From: Dehalococcoidia bacterium
Lineage (GTDB): Bacteria > Chloroflexota > Dehalococcoidia > Lucifugimonadales > UBA1127
Length of the DNA: 64,000 nucleotides
Direction: 5' to 3'
NCBI GenBank assembly: GCA_963694315.1
Contig: CAVOCU010000001.1
Span: 9,276 to 73,275, forward strand
The translations under genes and the position numbers were made by a program. Positions 37,027 through 45,975 of this stretch are shown here, one piece after another. Position 1 is the first letter of the stretch. Each line of letters opens with the position of its first letter. Under the pieces are notes generated by a model that ran no database searches, was not told the DNA's origin, and worked only from the letters and a program-made list of their open reading frames with translations.

Positions 37027-37040
37027 GGCTAACACCTACC

Positions 37041-37072
37041 TTGTCATTCTGAGGAGCGTGGCGACGAAGAAT
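37041..37072 (+). repeat. TTGTCATTCTGAG...GACGAAGAAT short hairpin repeat, copy 2
   Basis: TTGTCATTCTGAGGAGCGTGGCGACGAAGAAT, 15 nt after the Mo-hydroxylase large-subunit stop. Confidence 0.7.
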
Positions 37073-37111
37073 CTTGGGCGGGGTATCAGGCTTCTCCTTA
37101 AATAGCTAGAA

Positions 37112-37126
37112 AAATTACAACATTAC
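37112..37126 (+). repeat. AAATTACAACATTAC 15-mer, left copy
   Basis: Exact 15-bp direct repeat with 37978-37992. Immediately precedes the SD of the small cupin gene. Confidence 0.9.
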
Positions 37127-37137
37127 GGAGGAACACA

Positions 37138-37485
37138 ATGGGAAACACATACCGCATGTACGTCGGCAGCGACGGCAAGGCCACTTGGGAGGCAGTTGAT
37201 TTGGAGGTGGCCACAGAGTGGACAAAGGGCATAGACGTCACCCAGATTCGCTACGGCTCCCGTGCCCCGGGCGTTGTGCAGGACTGGCATCCTGCTCCGC
37301 AGCGTCAGTTCGTGATAATCCTGTCCGGCCAGCTTGAAATCGGCTTTGAGGACGGCTCCAAGAAGGTCTTCGGCCCCGGAGACGCCCGGCTCGTCGAGGA
37401 CATCACTGGCAAGGGCCACACCACCATCGCCCTCGGCAACGAGCCGTGCATCACCGCCACCATCGGGCTTGTAGACCAGGACTAA
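37138..37485 (+). CDS. small cupin domain protein
   Basis: 115 aa with the beta-rich DWHPAPQRQFVIILSGQLEIGFEDG. SD GGAGG. Confidence 0.5.
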   Translation: MGNTYRMYVGSDGKATWEAVDLEVATEWTKGIDVTQIRYGSRAPGVVQDWHPAPQRQFVIILSGQLEIGFEDGSKKVFGPGDARLVEDITGKGHTTIALGNEPCITATIGLVDQD

Positions 37486-37508
37486 ACCCTGCAAAAGAGA
37501 GAGACAAA

Positions 37509-37560
37509 CCGACACAAGAAGAGAATCAGATACTAACTCAAATCGGACCCGGGCCACCCA
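37509..37560 (+). pseudogene. remnant of the N-terminus of a sixth Rieske oxygenase paralog
   Basis: Reads PTQEENQILTQIGPGPP, compared with ML(S/T)QE(E/D)N.LLT..GPGT in the five intact paralogs. There is no start codon (CCG where ATG is expected), and the similarity ends after GPG. Confidence 0.55.
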
Positions 37561-37776
37561 CGTGGCGGTCAACCCGGCGGTGTATCGCGTCCGATCTGGA
37601 TTTGCGGTGCTCACCCATGACGTTCTCTTCGATGAGGGTAAACAAGCCTAGGCTGAGAGGTTTGTGTTAGCCTGATATTTTAGCCAATGTAGCTATAGTA
37701 GTTAAATTGTAGTATATATGTAGTGTTTATTCCCCGTGATGTATTTTCCCGTTGTGAACCCGTTGTTATGCACCTT

Positions 37777-37802
37777 TGGATAGTGATACACGTATCACTA
37801 TC
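37777..37802. promoter_or_regulatory. perfect 12-2-12 palindrome GGATAGTGATAC-ac-GTATCACTATCC
   Basis: Read directly. Lies inside a 500-bp non-coding tract. Confidence 0.55.
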
Positions 37803-37928
37803 CACCATACCCTCGCCTGCGCCTTGGCCATGACAGTCTCTTCATGTCAGACCTTGCTCTGGTAACACCGCTGAGGCACCCGTTATCAGAGTTCCTGTCC
37901 CACTTTCCCTACGGACTGTAAGACAACA

Positions 37929-37963
37929 AAGAGGGCTGCCCCGGGAATCGGGATGGCCCTCTT
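37929..37963 (-). terminator. terminator of the amidohydrolase gene 37989..39044
   Basis: AAGAGGGC...GCCCTCTT outer stem with an inner CCCG/CGGG, followed on the minus strand by TGTTGTCTT. Confidence 0.6.
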
Positions 37964-37977
37964 CACCTTGCTAGGTT

Positions 37978-37992
37978 AAATTACAACATTAC
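37978..37992 (+). repeat. AAATTACAACATTAC 15-mer, right copy
   Basis: Exact repeat of 37112-37126. Overlaps the stop codon (37989-37991) of the minus-strand amidohydrolase gene. Confidence 0.9.
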
Positions 37993-39044
37993 TCCGTGTA
38001 GAGTGGGAACGCCTTTAGTGCGTTGTCACGGAAAACCTTCTTCTTGTCCGCATCTGTCAGGAAATCAATGCTGTCTATCACCGGTACCATGTCGTCGGAT
38101 GGCCGACCTGTATCAGGGTTCAACACTGCCGTGCCGCTCCCGGGTGATTCTGACCCAAAGATCATCTGATTCACGCCACGTTGCTTGAATGCCACTGCCA
38201 GATAGTCCTTGTCGTACGAGCATGTATCGAAGTAGAGGTTGTTGCTCAGGTCGATGCCCTCGTCGGCATGGGCCGCCTCAGTCTTTGCGCCGATGCCTAC
38301 AGAACCGCCTCCAGCTTCTCCGGAGGGCTTGGCGTTGGGAATGAACCGACTCACAGAGCCGCCGCAGTGGCACACCTGGATGCGTAGCTTTGGATATCGC
38401 TGGAACACATCGCTCTGCTGCAACAGGTCAGTGGCCAGGGTCTGCTCCGTCATGAAGTTGTACTGGTAGCTGTGGGGCAGGAGCTGCACTCGTGGGTCCC
38501 TGCTGATGGATGCATGGATGATGAGCGTAGCGCGCAGGGCCTCCGCTCGTTCGTATAGCGGGAACCAGTACGCTTCGTTCATGCCCGGAGCTCTGCGGTC
38601 TCCGCCCGGGTCCGGGTTCACGGTAGCAGCTACAAACCCAAGGGTGTTGATTGCCCGTTCCAGCTCCGCAATGCAGTTGGACGTGTCGTCCGCGTAGTCA
38701 GGGCCAACCTGGGGCAACTGAGCAACGCCCCGGAAGCGGTCAGGATGGAGGCGAACCGTTTGGGCTATCACATCGTTTGTGGTCTGCGTCCAGTGGTCAA
38801 CCAGCAGAGGCTGTTCCCAGTGCATCATCGCCACTGGCCTGGGCGAAATGAACTGCATGTCTATGTTGCGGTCATCCATTACCTTCAGGTGACGTGCCAG
38901 GGCTGGCCCCATCGTCTCGTCAGATATCTCCAGCTTGCTGCCTCGTGGGCTGCGCAGGGCTATCAGGTTGTAGGCGTAGGCCCGGAAGTTCGCCGGGGTA
39001 GAGTGGTGCCCGTGAATGTCTATGACCCTCATGCCGTTATGCAT
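37989..39044 (-). CDS. amidohydrolase-2 family protein (ACMSD-like decarboxylase/hydratase)
   Basis: MRVIDIHGHH metal motif and YFDTCSYD. Start ATG 39044 behind AAGGAGA. Confidence 0.85.
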   Translation of the reverse strand: MHNGMRVIDIHGHHSTPANFRAYAYNLIALRSPRGSKLEISDETMGPALARHLKVMDDRNIDMQFISPRPVAMMHWEQPLLVDHWTQTTNDVIAQTVRLHPDRFRGVAQLPQVGPDYADDTSNCIAELERAINTLGFVAATVNPDPGGDRRAPGMNEAYWFPLYERAEALRATLIIHASISRDPRVQLLPHSYQYNFMTEQTLATDLLQQSDVFQRYPKLRIQVCHCGGSVSRFIPNAKPSGEAGGGSVGIGAKTEAAHADEGIDLSNNLYFDTCSYDKDYLAVAFKQRGVNQMIFGSESPGSGTAVLNPDTGRPSDDMVPVIDSIDFLTDADKKKVFRDNALKAFPLYTE

Positions 39045-39428
39045 AGTTCTTCTCCTTTGTTGAAAAGGCGTTGCGCCTGTTTTACGATGCGCCAAACATA
39101 CACGAACAGCGACCCAACCGCAATTTTGTTGGCGGGTTACTGTTCGCAGGCCGGCCTCTGGCTACGACGGCCCATGCTAGCGGCGAACCACCACGCCTTC
39201 CTATGCTTTGGGGGTAGAGTGATTACCCATAAGGTCATATTGAGTCTGCTGGAGGGCACAAATTTTGCTCGTACACAGACTTCTGAGTGCGGCCCCATTT
39301 TACGGGAGATCCACCTGAAGGGCTTGAAGGTCGGCTTGGTACGTGAACTGTCTCTCTACTCGACAGAAATGGCTCACAAGAGAACATGAGGGGCTCTTTG
39401 CCTGGGAAGATGAGTGTAGGGTTTTGAC

Positions 39429-39740
39429 CTACCGCCAGGAATCGTCAGCAGGGAAGACGTTGGTGGACGTGGAACGGGTTGGAGGGCCTTCCCACCAGTC
39501 CAGCACCGCGCTGCGCCACTTTGTGTAGTGGGGCGCTTGCCTATGGGCCTCTAGGGCTGCCTCGTCCTTGTAGACCTCATAGAGGTGGATGAGGTTAGGG
39601 TCTTCAGAGTCTTGGAGGATATCGAACCGCAGGCATCCAGGCTCGTCCCTGTTGGAGCCTATGGCATCCCCCATCATTGCTTCCATGAACTCCTCTTTGT
39701 GCTCCGGCTTAATGCTGATATTGACCATAAGTACAATCAT
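39429..39740 (-). CDS. antibiotic-biosynthesis-monooxygenase (ABM) domain protein
   Basis: Ferredoxin-like ABM pattern (CLRFDILQD...IHLYEVYKDEAALEAHRQAPHY). Start ATG 39740 behind AAGGAGAG. Confidence 0.75.
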   Translation of the reverse strand: MIVLMVNISIKPEHKEEFMEAMMGDAIGSNRDEPGCLRFDILQDSEDPNLIHLYEVYKDEAALEAHRQAPHYTKWRSAVLDWWEGPPTRSTSTNVFPADDSWR

Positions 39741-39880
39741 TGTGACTCTCCTTCTTGTTTTAACGGCAGTGCCGTCGTAGTTCTTGCATCGCTTTGTGTA
39801 GATATGAGCCATGGCGTGCGAGGCCGATATCATACTGCGGTTTCAATAATCCAAACCCTTCTCGCCTACGTAGATGCGCC

Positions 39881-39948
39881 TGCTCCGCTGTGGAAAGCCA
39901 CAGCGGAGCAAATCAAGAGAGGGTGACCTCTTAAAGGCCACCCTCTCT
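39881..39948 (-). terminator. two tandem hairpins downstream of the betaine ABC operon
   Basis: TGCTCCGCTGTGG-aaag-CCACAGCGGAGCA (39881-39910) and AGAGAGGGTG...CACCCTCTCT (39916-39948). Confidence 0.65.
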
Positions 39949-39986
39949 ACGCAGTGACGTTGTCTTATAATGCTAGCGTACTAGCT

Positions 39987-41006
39987 TTACTTTGCTGCCA
40001 GTGCTTCTTTTATCTTTTTGGCGTTTTCAGCGGGCATCCACGTGGTCCATCGGTCCTCGTAGTTGTTCAAGTAATAAATGGCTGCCTTCTCCCAGACGCC
40101 CTGGATTTCGGCATCCATAGCCCATGCGGCAGTCACGTTGATTGGCTGGAGGCCTACGTCCATCTTCTCCAGCATCTCTACCACTTCCGGAGCTCTCTCA
40201 GGCAATGATTTATGTACGGCTTTGTCTACGGGAAGGACTTCATAGGCGCAGGCTTCCTTGGCTATATATGTTGCGTCATCTTGTCCCTTTGCAACTTCTT
40301 CCCAGCAAGACTCGGTGTATAGGGGTTCCTCAATGACTTGCCATTCATACGCACCCATGATGGAGGTGGGGGCCCAGTAATAACCAACGACGGGTTTGTT
40401 CTTCTTCTGAGCACCAACCAGGGCTGCGTCTAGGGCCGCTGCTGAGCCTCCGGATTTGATGTTGAAGAACTCGTCCAGGCCATAGGCAAAGATCTTCGCG
40501 CGGTTGATCTCGGCGCACTGCCAGCCAATGGGGCAGTTATGGAATTCTCCCTTGCTGGAATCCTCTGGGTCCTCGAATAGTTTCCAGTTCTTCTTCAGGT
40601 CATCAATGGTCCTGATATTGTGTTCATCTGCCGTGGCCTTGGGGATAATAAAGAACTGGGGGCCGCCCTCGTACGTCGGGCCTATATTGATGTAACTGCC
40701 TTTGGCGATCTCCTCGTTGTAGTTGTCGATGAAATTTTGATGCCACAGCTCCATGTTGACATCAACGTCGCCTTCGGCTAGCGCTACCTGCATGAGCGGA
40801 GTGGTAAGCTCCACGGACTCTACTGGATAACCATAGCCGTGCTCGACGACGAACTGGGCGATTGCGTTGTTGATCCAAAGTGACTCGAACTGGGTGTCAC
40901 TGAATTTAATAGGCAACTTTTCCTTGGTATCTCCACTGCATGCAGCAGCAAAGAGAGCGAACGCCATCATCGCTACTAGTAATAATTTAATTCTCATGTT
41001 AGTCAA
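39987..41006 (-). CDS. glycine betaine/compatible-solute ABC transporter substrate-binding lipoprotein (OpuAC/ProX-like)
   Basis: Signal peptide with AAC lipobox and an overall ProX/OpuAC-like sequence. Confidence 0.8.
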   Translation of the reverse strand: MTNMRIKLLLVAMMAFALFAAACSGDTKEKLPIKFSDTQFESLWINNAIAQFVVEHGYGYPVESVELTTPLMQVALAEGDVDVNMELWHQNFIDNYNEEIAKGSYINIGPTYEGGPQFFIIPKATADEHNIRTIDDLKKNWKLFEDPEDSSKGEFHNCPIGWQCAEINRAKIFAYGLDEFFNIKSGGSAAALDAALVGAQKKNKPVVGYYWAPTSIMGAYEWQVIEEPLYTESCWEEVAKGQDDATYIAKEACAYEVLPVDKAVHKSLPERAPEVVEMLEKMDVGLQPINVTAAWAMDAEIQGVWEKAAIYYLNNYEDRWTTWMPAENAKKIKEALAAK

Positions 41007-41150
41007 CCTCCATTTATTGTTTTTTGAGTTGGAATTCTCCCAAGAGAGGAGTGCTTTCTGCTACCTTCCTCGCTAATCCTTACCTCCTTGTTTTCTTTCT
41101 TTTTACGCAACCCCCTGCCAATGGATAAGCAATTCAGTGAGCTTTGCCCG

Positions 41151-43286
41151 TTAGCGGGGCTTGCCTAGACCTTGAGTGATGCGATCTAGAATTATGGCCA
41201 TAACCACAATGCCAAGCCCGCCGATGAGTCCGCGGCCCACATCCAGTCTTGCGATGCCGTTAATGACTTCAACGCCTAGGCCCTTTGCTCCAATCATGGC
41301 GGCGATTACCACCATGGCCAGCCCCATCATGATGGTCTGGTTCAAGCCCGCCATGACCGTTGGCATCGCAAGAGGAATCTGCACCTTAAGCAACAGTTGA
41401 CTACCCGTGGAACCGAAGGCTCGCGCTGCCTCGACGACGTTGATGTCTACCTGCCGGATACCCAGATTGGTCAATCGGATGATAGGTGGTACGGCGTAGA
41501 TGACTGTTGCCATGATTGCCGGTACCTTTCCTAAACCGAAGAGCATGAGTGCCGGGATGAGATACACAAAGCTGGGCATGGTCTGCATGATGTCTAATAT
41601 GGGACGCAGAATAATATCGAAGCGACTGTTCCTAGCCGCTAGGATTCCGGTAGGGACTCCTAGCACCACTGACAACAACGTTGCGACGATGACTAGGGCT
41701 AGGGTGGACATGGCCATTTCAAAAATGCCTAGGGAAACGACCAGTAGTAACATGGCCACCGCTACAACAGCAAAGGCCTGACCAACTATCCGGTATGAGG
41801 GCAAGGCTATTACAACGACCACCAGCCACCATGGCAGACTCAGCAACCAATTCTCCAATGGAAGCAACACGTATCTGAGTAGCCCAATGTTGATGGCGCT
41901 AAAAATAGGATCCCCGTTGATCACGACCCAATCCACCGCGCCGTTCACCCACTTAGAGACTGAATAACCTATTTGGATGCTATCCGGGGTAGCAGCAATT
42001 CCTCCAAAGGGAACAATGGTACCTATTAATAACAGAACAACTAGCCAAATCCAATTTGGCAGAGATGCCAGTGTTCGCAGAGGGAAGGACAACTGCGCTA
42101 TGAAGCCTGAAGATTTAGCATCAGAGCCTTGGGAGACAGATGTTGCTCCCGTGACTTTCGTGTCTGTAGTGGGGTAAGCGGCCCCTGTTTGTTCGTTCGG
42201 CGGGGCGAATTGCTCGAATGCAGCTTTCAGAAGCGTTTCTCTGTCGATTACGCCGACTAGTTTGCCTGATTCATCCATCACTGGAAGTTGTCCGGGCGTG
42301 TCCCATCGCTGAGAAAGAGCCTCCTCAACTGTCTGCTCTGAAGCAATTTCAGCGTCAGGGCGGCTGAGCCCAGGAGGCATCTGCGGATCCTTTTGTTGGT
42401 CCATGACGAACCCAACAGTAAGGACCGTGGAGGGCCGGACATCTCGCGTAAATTCCGCTACGAACTCATCAATGGGATCGGATACGATTTCTTCGGGAGT
42501 TCCCACTTGAACAATCGCGCCATCGCGCATGATGGCAATGCGGCTTCCAAGCTTCACTGCTTCTGCCAGGTCATGGGTGATAAATATTGCGGTTTTCTGC
42601 ATCTGCCCTTGGAGGCGAACAAGCTCGTTCTGCATATCCCTGCGTATGAGAGGGTCAAGTGCACTGAATGGTTCGTCTAAGAGGAGAATCTCTGGGTCTG
42701 AAGCCAATGCTCTTGCTAGGCCTACCCGCTGCTGCATGCCGCCAGAGAGCGCAAAAGGCCGATAGTCTTCCCACCCAGAAAGTCCCACTAGGGCAAGGAC
42801 TTCTCTGGCCCTCTCCTCCCGTTCCTGGGAGGGAACATTCTGAATTTCAAGCCCCCAGGCTGCATTTTCTAAGACGGTGCGATGGGGCAAGAGCCCGAAC
42901 TGCTGGAAGACCATGGAGGTCTTCATCCGCCGGAACTCAGTGAGCTCAGACGTGGAGTATTCCATAACATCCTGGCCATCCACAAAGACGGATCCAGCAC
43001 TTGGTTGGATAAGCCTATTGATGCAGCGGATCAGGGTGGATTTTCCGCATCCGGAGAGGCCCATGACAACGAATGTCTCGCCATCGTGGACATCAAAGCT
43101 AACATCTTGGAGAGCCAAGACGGAATCGGAATTCGCCTGGACCTCAGCCTTGGAGAGCCCCGCCATCTTCTGTGGCACATCAGATGTTTCATCAGGACCA
43201 TAGACCTTCCAAAGGCCTTTAACGCTAACCCTGATTTGCCCTGACCCCGCTTGCTTAGGAGGGTCTTCTCTTACATCAATGGCCAT
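41151..43286 (-). CDS. glycine betaine-type ABC transporter, fused ATPase (ProV-like with CBS region) and permease (ProW-like)
   Basis: 711 aa. Walker A GLSGCGKST, signature LSGGMQQR and Walker B LLLDEP, followed by a linker and about 6 TM helices with a ProW-like core. Confidence 0.9.
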   Translation of the reverse strand: MAIDVREDPPKQAGSGQIRVSVKGLWKVYGPDETSDVPQKMAGLSKAEVQANSDSVLALQDVSFDVHDGETFVVMGLSGCGKSTLIRCINRLIQPSAGSVFVDGQDVMEYSTSELTEFRRMKTSMVFQQFGLLPHRTVLENAAWGLEIQNVPSQEREERAREVLALVGLSGWEDYRPFALSGGMQQRVGLARALASDPEILLLDEPFSALDPLIRRDMQNELVRLQGQMQKTAIFITHDLAEAVKLGSRIAIMRDGAIVQVGTPEEIVSDPIDEFVAEFTRDVRPSTVLTVGFVMDQQKDPQMPPGLSRPDAEIASEQTVEEALSQRWDTPGQLPVMDESGKLVGVIDRETLLKAAFEQFAPPNEQTGAAYPTTDTKVTGATSVSQGSDAKSSGFIAQLSFPLRTLASLPNWIWLVVLLLIGTIVPFGGIAATPDSIQIGYSVSKWVNGAVDWVVINGDPIFSAINIGLLRYVLLPLENWLLSLPWWLVVVVIALPSYRIVGQAFAVVAVAMLLLVVSLGIFEMAMSTLALVIVATLLSVVLGVPTGILAARNSRFDIILRPILDIMQTMPSFVYLIPALMLFGLGKVPAIMATVIYAVPPIIRLTNLGIRQVDINVVEAARAFGSTGSQLLLKVQIPLAMPTVMAGLNQTIMMGLAMVVIAAMIGAKGLGVEVINGIARLDVGRGLIGGLGIVVMAIILDRITQGLGKPR

Positions 43287-43591
43287 TCAAATCCTATAAG
43301 TACAGATTGCTAAAGAAAACAATCTCAGTATTTCGTGGTTCGCCGCAGTGTATGGTGGTGCGGGAGGTATGTCAACGTCTTTGAGATGGCATTTTCGATG
43401 ACTGCTGAACGTTCTTTTGGTGAATATTAGCTATGAGCGACATATAATTAGCCAATAATATCTGATTCTTTGTAATTCACTACGATAAACGTTAGGTCGA
43501 TAGAAATACGCATATATAACCGTCCTTGTGAGTGAATGTATGTGGTGGTAGGCTGACAGCAGTTCAGCTCTCAGAACAAAGGTGAAGCCCT

Positions 43592-44887
43592 ATGAAAACT
43601 CCAGGTCCATCTAACATCTATTATGGCTGGTTCATTGTCGCCACCACTTTCTTTGTCATCATGGTGACTATGGGTGCACGGAACGGGGTGGGGGTCTTTG
43701 TTCTTCCCATGAGTGAAGAGTTCGGTTGGAACCGCAGCGTTATTTCATTCGCAGGTGCACTGGGAATCCTGGTCAATGGTATCAGCCAACCATTTTTGGG
43801 CAGCACTTATGACAAAATAGGGGGCAGGAAGCTCATCCTCATTGGTGTTTTGGCAATTGGCTTCACGGTCTTGCTTCTCTCTCTCACGTTCCACTTCGTT
43901 TATTTTTTGCTTATCTTTGGTGTGTTCATGGCCATCGCTATGAGTGCGGGATCCATCACCACCGGGGCCGTTCTTGTCTCCAAGTGGTTTCAACGCAAAC
44001 GTTCCACTGCAATATCCATCAGTTCTGCAGGGGCTTCTATTGGAGGGTTGGTTCTGGTTCCTTTGACTACCTACCTAATTATCCTTATTGACTGGCGTCT
44101 CACTTGGGTTGTCCTAGGGCTGTTGATCCTTTTATTGGTTTTCCCTGTGGCCTTTTTCATGCTCAGAAACGATCCTGCTGAATTAGGGTTGCTACCAGAT
44201 GGTGACCTCGCACCGGAAGAAGGTGCTGCGAAACGCCCACAACGGGCCGCTGGGCCTCTAGAAGTAGAGGAATGGCGACATGCCTTTCGGTCCCTACCAA
44301 TGTGGCAGCTGTGCGCCACCTATTTTGTATGTGGATTTACCACACTCATTATGGCGTTTCACTTTGTCCCGAATGCGGTGGAAAGTGGATTTTCTCCTAA
44401 AACAGCAGCAACGGCTTTTGGACTTCTCAGCGTCATGAACACCATTGGTGTATTACTGGTGGGGCCGCTAGCAGATAGATGGGGGAACAAGAATCTGCTG
44501 AGCTTTGTGTATGCGTTTAGGGCTATGGGGTATTTAAGCTTGTTGTTACTACCCGGTCAATGGGGCTTGTGGGTATTTGCCGTTGTAGGTGGCTCCTCGT
44601 GGATTGCAACGGTACCTTTGACCACCGCGTTAACTGCTGATGTCTATGGGTTGAAGAAGGTGGGGACGCTCATGGGTATGGTATTTCTGTCGCACCAAAT
44701 TGGGGGCTCAATAGGCATCCAGTTTGGTGGCATCATGCGAGACGTTACAGGTTCCTACGATATTCCCTTTGCTATCGCTGGGGCGCTGCTGGTCCTGGCA
44801 AGTATTACCAGCTTCATGATTCGGGAGCGCAAATACTCTGCAAGGTACCAACCCTCTTACCCTGCCCCAGCACCTGCAGAGAGTTAA
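43592..44887 (+). CDS. MFS transporter (oxalate/formate antiporter-like family)
   Basis: 431 aa with 12 predicted hydrophobic segments. SD AGGTGA. Confidence 0.85.
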   Translation: MKTPGPSNIYYGWFIVATTFFVIMVTMGARNGVGVFVLPMSEEFGWNRSVISFAGALGILVNGISQPFLGSTYDKIGGRKLILIGVLAIGFTVLLLSLTFHFVYFLLIFGVFMAIAMSAGSITTGAVLVSKWFQRKRSTAISISSAGASIGGLVLVPLTTYLIILIDWRLTWVVLGLLILLLVFPVAFFMLRNDPAELGLLPDGDLAPEEGAAKRPQRAAGPLEVEEWRHAFRSLPMWQLCATYFVCGFTTLIMAFHFVPNAVESGFSPKTAATAFGLLSVMNTIGVLLVGPLADRWGNKNLLSFVYAFRAMGYLSLLLLPGQWGLWVFAVVGGSSWIATVPLTTALTADVYGLKKVGTLMGMVFLSHQIGGSIGIQFGGIMRDVTGSYDIPFAIAGALLVLASITSFMIRERKYSARYQPSYPAPAPAES

Positions 44888-44893
44888 ATTACC

Positions 44894-45085
44894 ATGTATC
44901 CCTTGGTCGTTCCCCTACACCATGAAGCGGCTGGAGACCCTGCGTTGATGGAGTGGATCAAGGACCGGATGGATGCTGTTTTTGGTCTTGACCCAGCGGC
45001 GATGGTTGCGATATGTGGCTTGATGGTGCTCGCAATTCCTGTGGCTATCCTTGTAGCGTATACGCTTCAGCGTCGCCGCAACTAG
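44894..45085 (+). CDS. hypothetical small membrane protein
   Basis: 63 aa with one C-terminal TM helix followed by RRRN. Starts 7 nt after the MFS stop. Weak SD. Confidence 0.35.
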   Translation: MYPLVVPLHHEAAGDPALMEWIKDRMDAVFGLDPAAMVAICGLMVLAIPVAILVAYTLQRRRN

Positions 45086-45150
45086 CGTGGAATCCTTGTA
45101 CGCCGCGCCCCTCTGTAAGCCCGGCTAAGACCTCCGGGCGGACAATACCC

Positions 45151-45975
45151 TCACACGACGCGACGGCGCAGCGTGGTCGCGAACACAAAGAAGCCTGTTG
45201 CTACCAAAACCATTGCGGCACCTGAAGGGATGTTGAAGTAGAAGGACAGGTAAAGCCCGACGATGGCTGAAATCCCTCCCAACACGCCACCAACTACCAT
45301 CATTGGCGTGAAGCGACGCACCAGTAGGTACGCAGTAGCTGCTGGTGTAACAAGCATCGCCATAACCAGAATCAATCCCACAGCTTGAAGCGCAATGACA
45401 ATGACCAGGGCCAGCAACACGAGCAGAAGGTAAGAAAGGAACTTGGTGGGTATGCCAATGACTTCAGCACCCACCGGGTCAAAACTTGTGAATACCAATT
45501 CCTTGTGGAAGACGTAGAGAATTCCAAGGACAAGCACTGCCATTCCTAGCGTCACGTACACGTCTGTTGTGGAGACTCCCAGAACCTGGCCAAGAAGCAA
45601 GTCCTCAAGGTTCACACTGAGGCCATCGGATGCTGAGAGCATTGTGATGCCAAGGGCGAAGAGGCCAGCAAACAAGATGCCAATGGTTGTGTCCTCGCTG
45701 AGCCCTGTTCGACGTGTTAAGTAGCCTATTGTGATTGCTACGGCTATTCCCACAGCTGCCGCTCCGGCGAAGGGGCTCATGCCGACGAGCAACGCTGCTA
45801 CTACGCCCGGGAGGACTGCGTGCGCTAGCGCGTCGCCCATGAACGCGAGGCCACGCATCACGACGTAAGCACCCAAGACAGCACACGTAATCCCCACGAG
45901 TACGGACACGGCGAGTGCGCGCACCATGAAACTATACCGAAGCGGATCAGAAACGAGTTCTAGAAGGTCACTCAA
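45151..45975 (-). CDS. znuB: metal (Zn/Mn) ABC transporter permease (ZnuB-like)
   Basis: TTG start at 45975 overlaps the ATPase stop, behind AGGAGG. LRYSFMVRAL N-terminus and GDALAHAVLPG motif. Confidence 0.8.
   Translation of the reverse strand: MSDLLELVSDPLRYSFMVRALAVSVLVGITCAVLGAYVVMRGLAFMGDALAHAVLPGVVAALLVGMSPFAGAAAVGIAVAITIGYLTRRTGLSEDTTIGILFAGLFALGITMLSASDGLSVNLEDLLLGQVLGVSTTDVYVTLGMAVLVLGILYVFHKELVFTSFDPVGAEVIGIPTKFLSYLLLVLLALVIVIALQAVGLILVMAMLVTPAATAYLLVRRFTPMMVVGGVLGGISAIVGLYLSFYFNIPSGAAMVLVATGFFVFATTLRRRVV

Noticed and set aside
37670-37760. The AT-rich tract with TGTAG repeats as the end of an insertion sequence or prophage.
   Set aside because: There is no matching inverted repeat elsewhere, no transposase or integrase ORF, and no target duplication other than the motif-family 15-mer. 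It more likely represents orphaned promoter or operator DNA of the deleted Rieske gene.
37112-37992. The idea that the 15-bp direct repeats mark an integron cassette or a mobile element carrying the small cupin gene.
   Set aside because: The repeat does not fit attC core sites (RYYYAAC/GTTRRRY). No integrase or transposase is present and there are no terminal inverted repeats. The same word also occurs at 13951 in an unrelated context, so it is better treated as part of the general ATTACA motif family.
38745-39389. 214-aa ORF spanning the amidohydrolase 5' end and the 380-bp spacer up to the ABM gene.
   Set aside because: Its first half is antisense to the well-supported amidohydrolase. The remainder has no SD, no domain and odd composition. 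The spacer 39045-39428 therefore stays unassigned.
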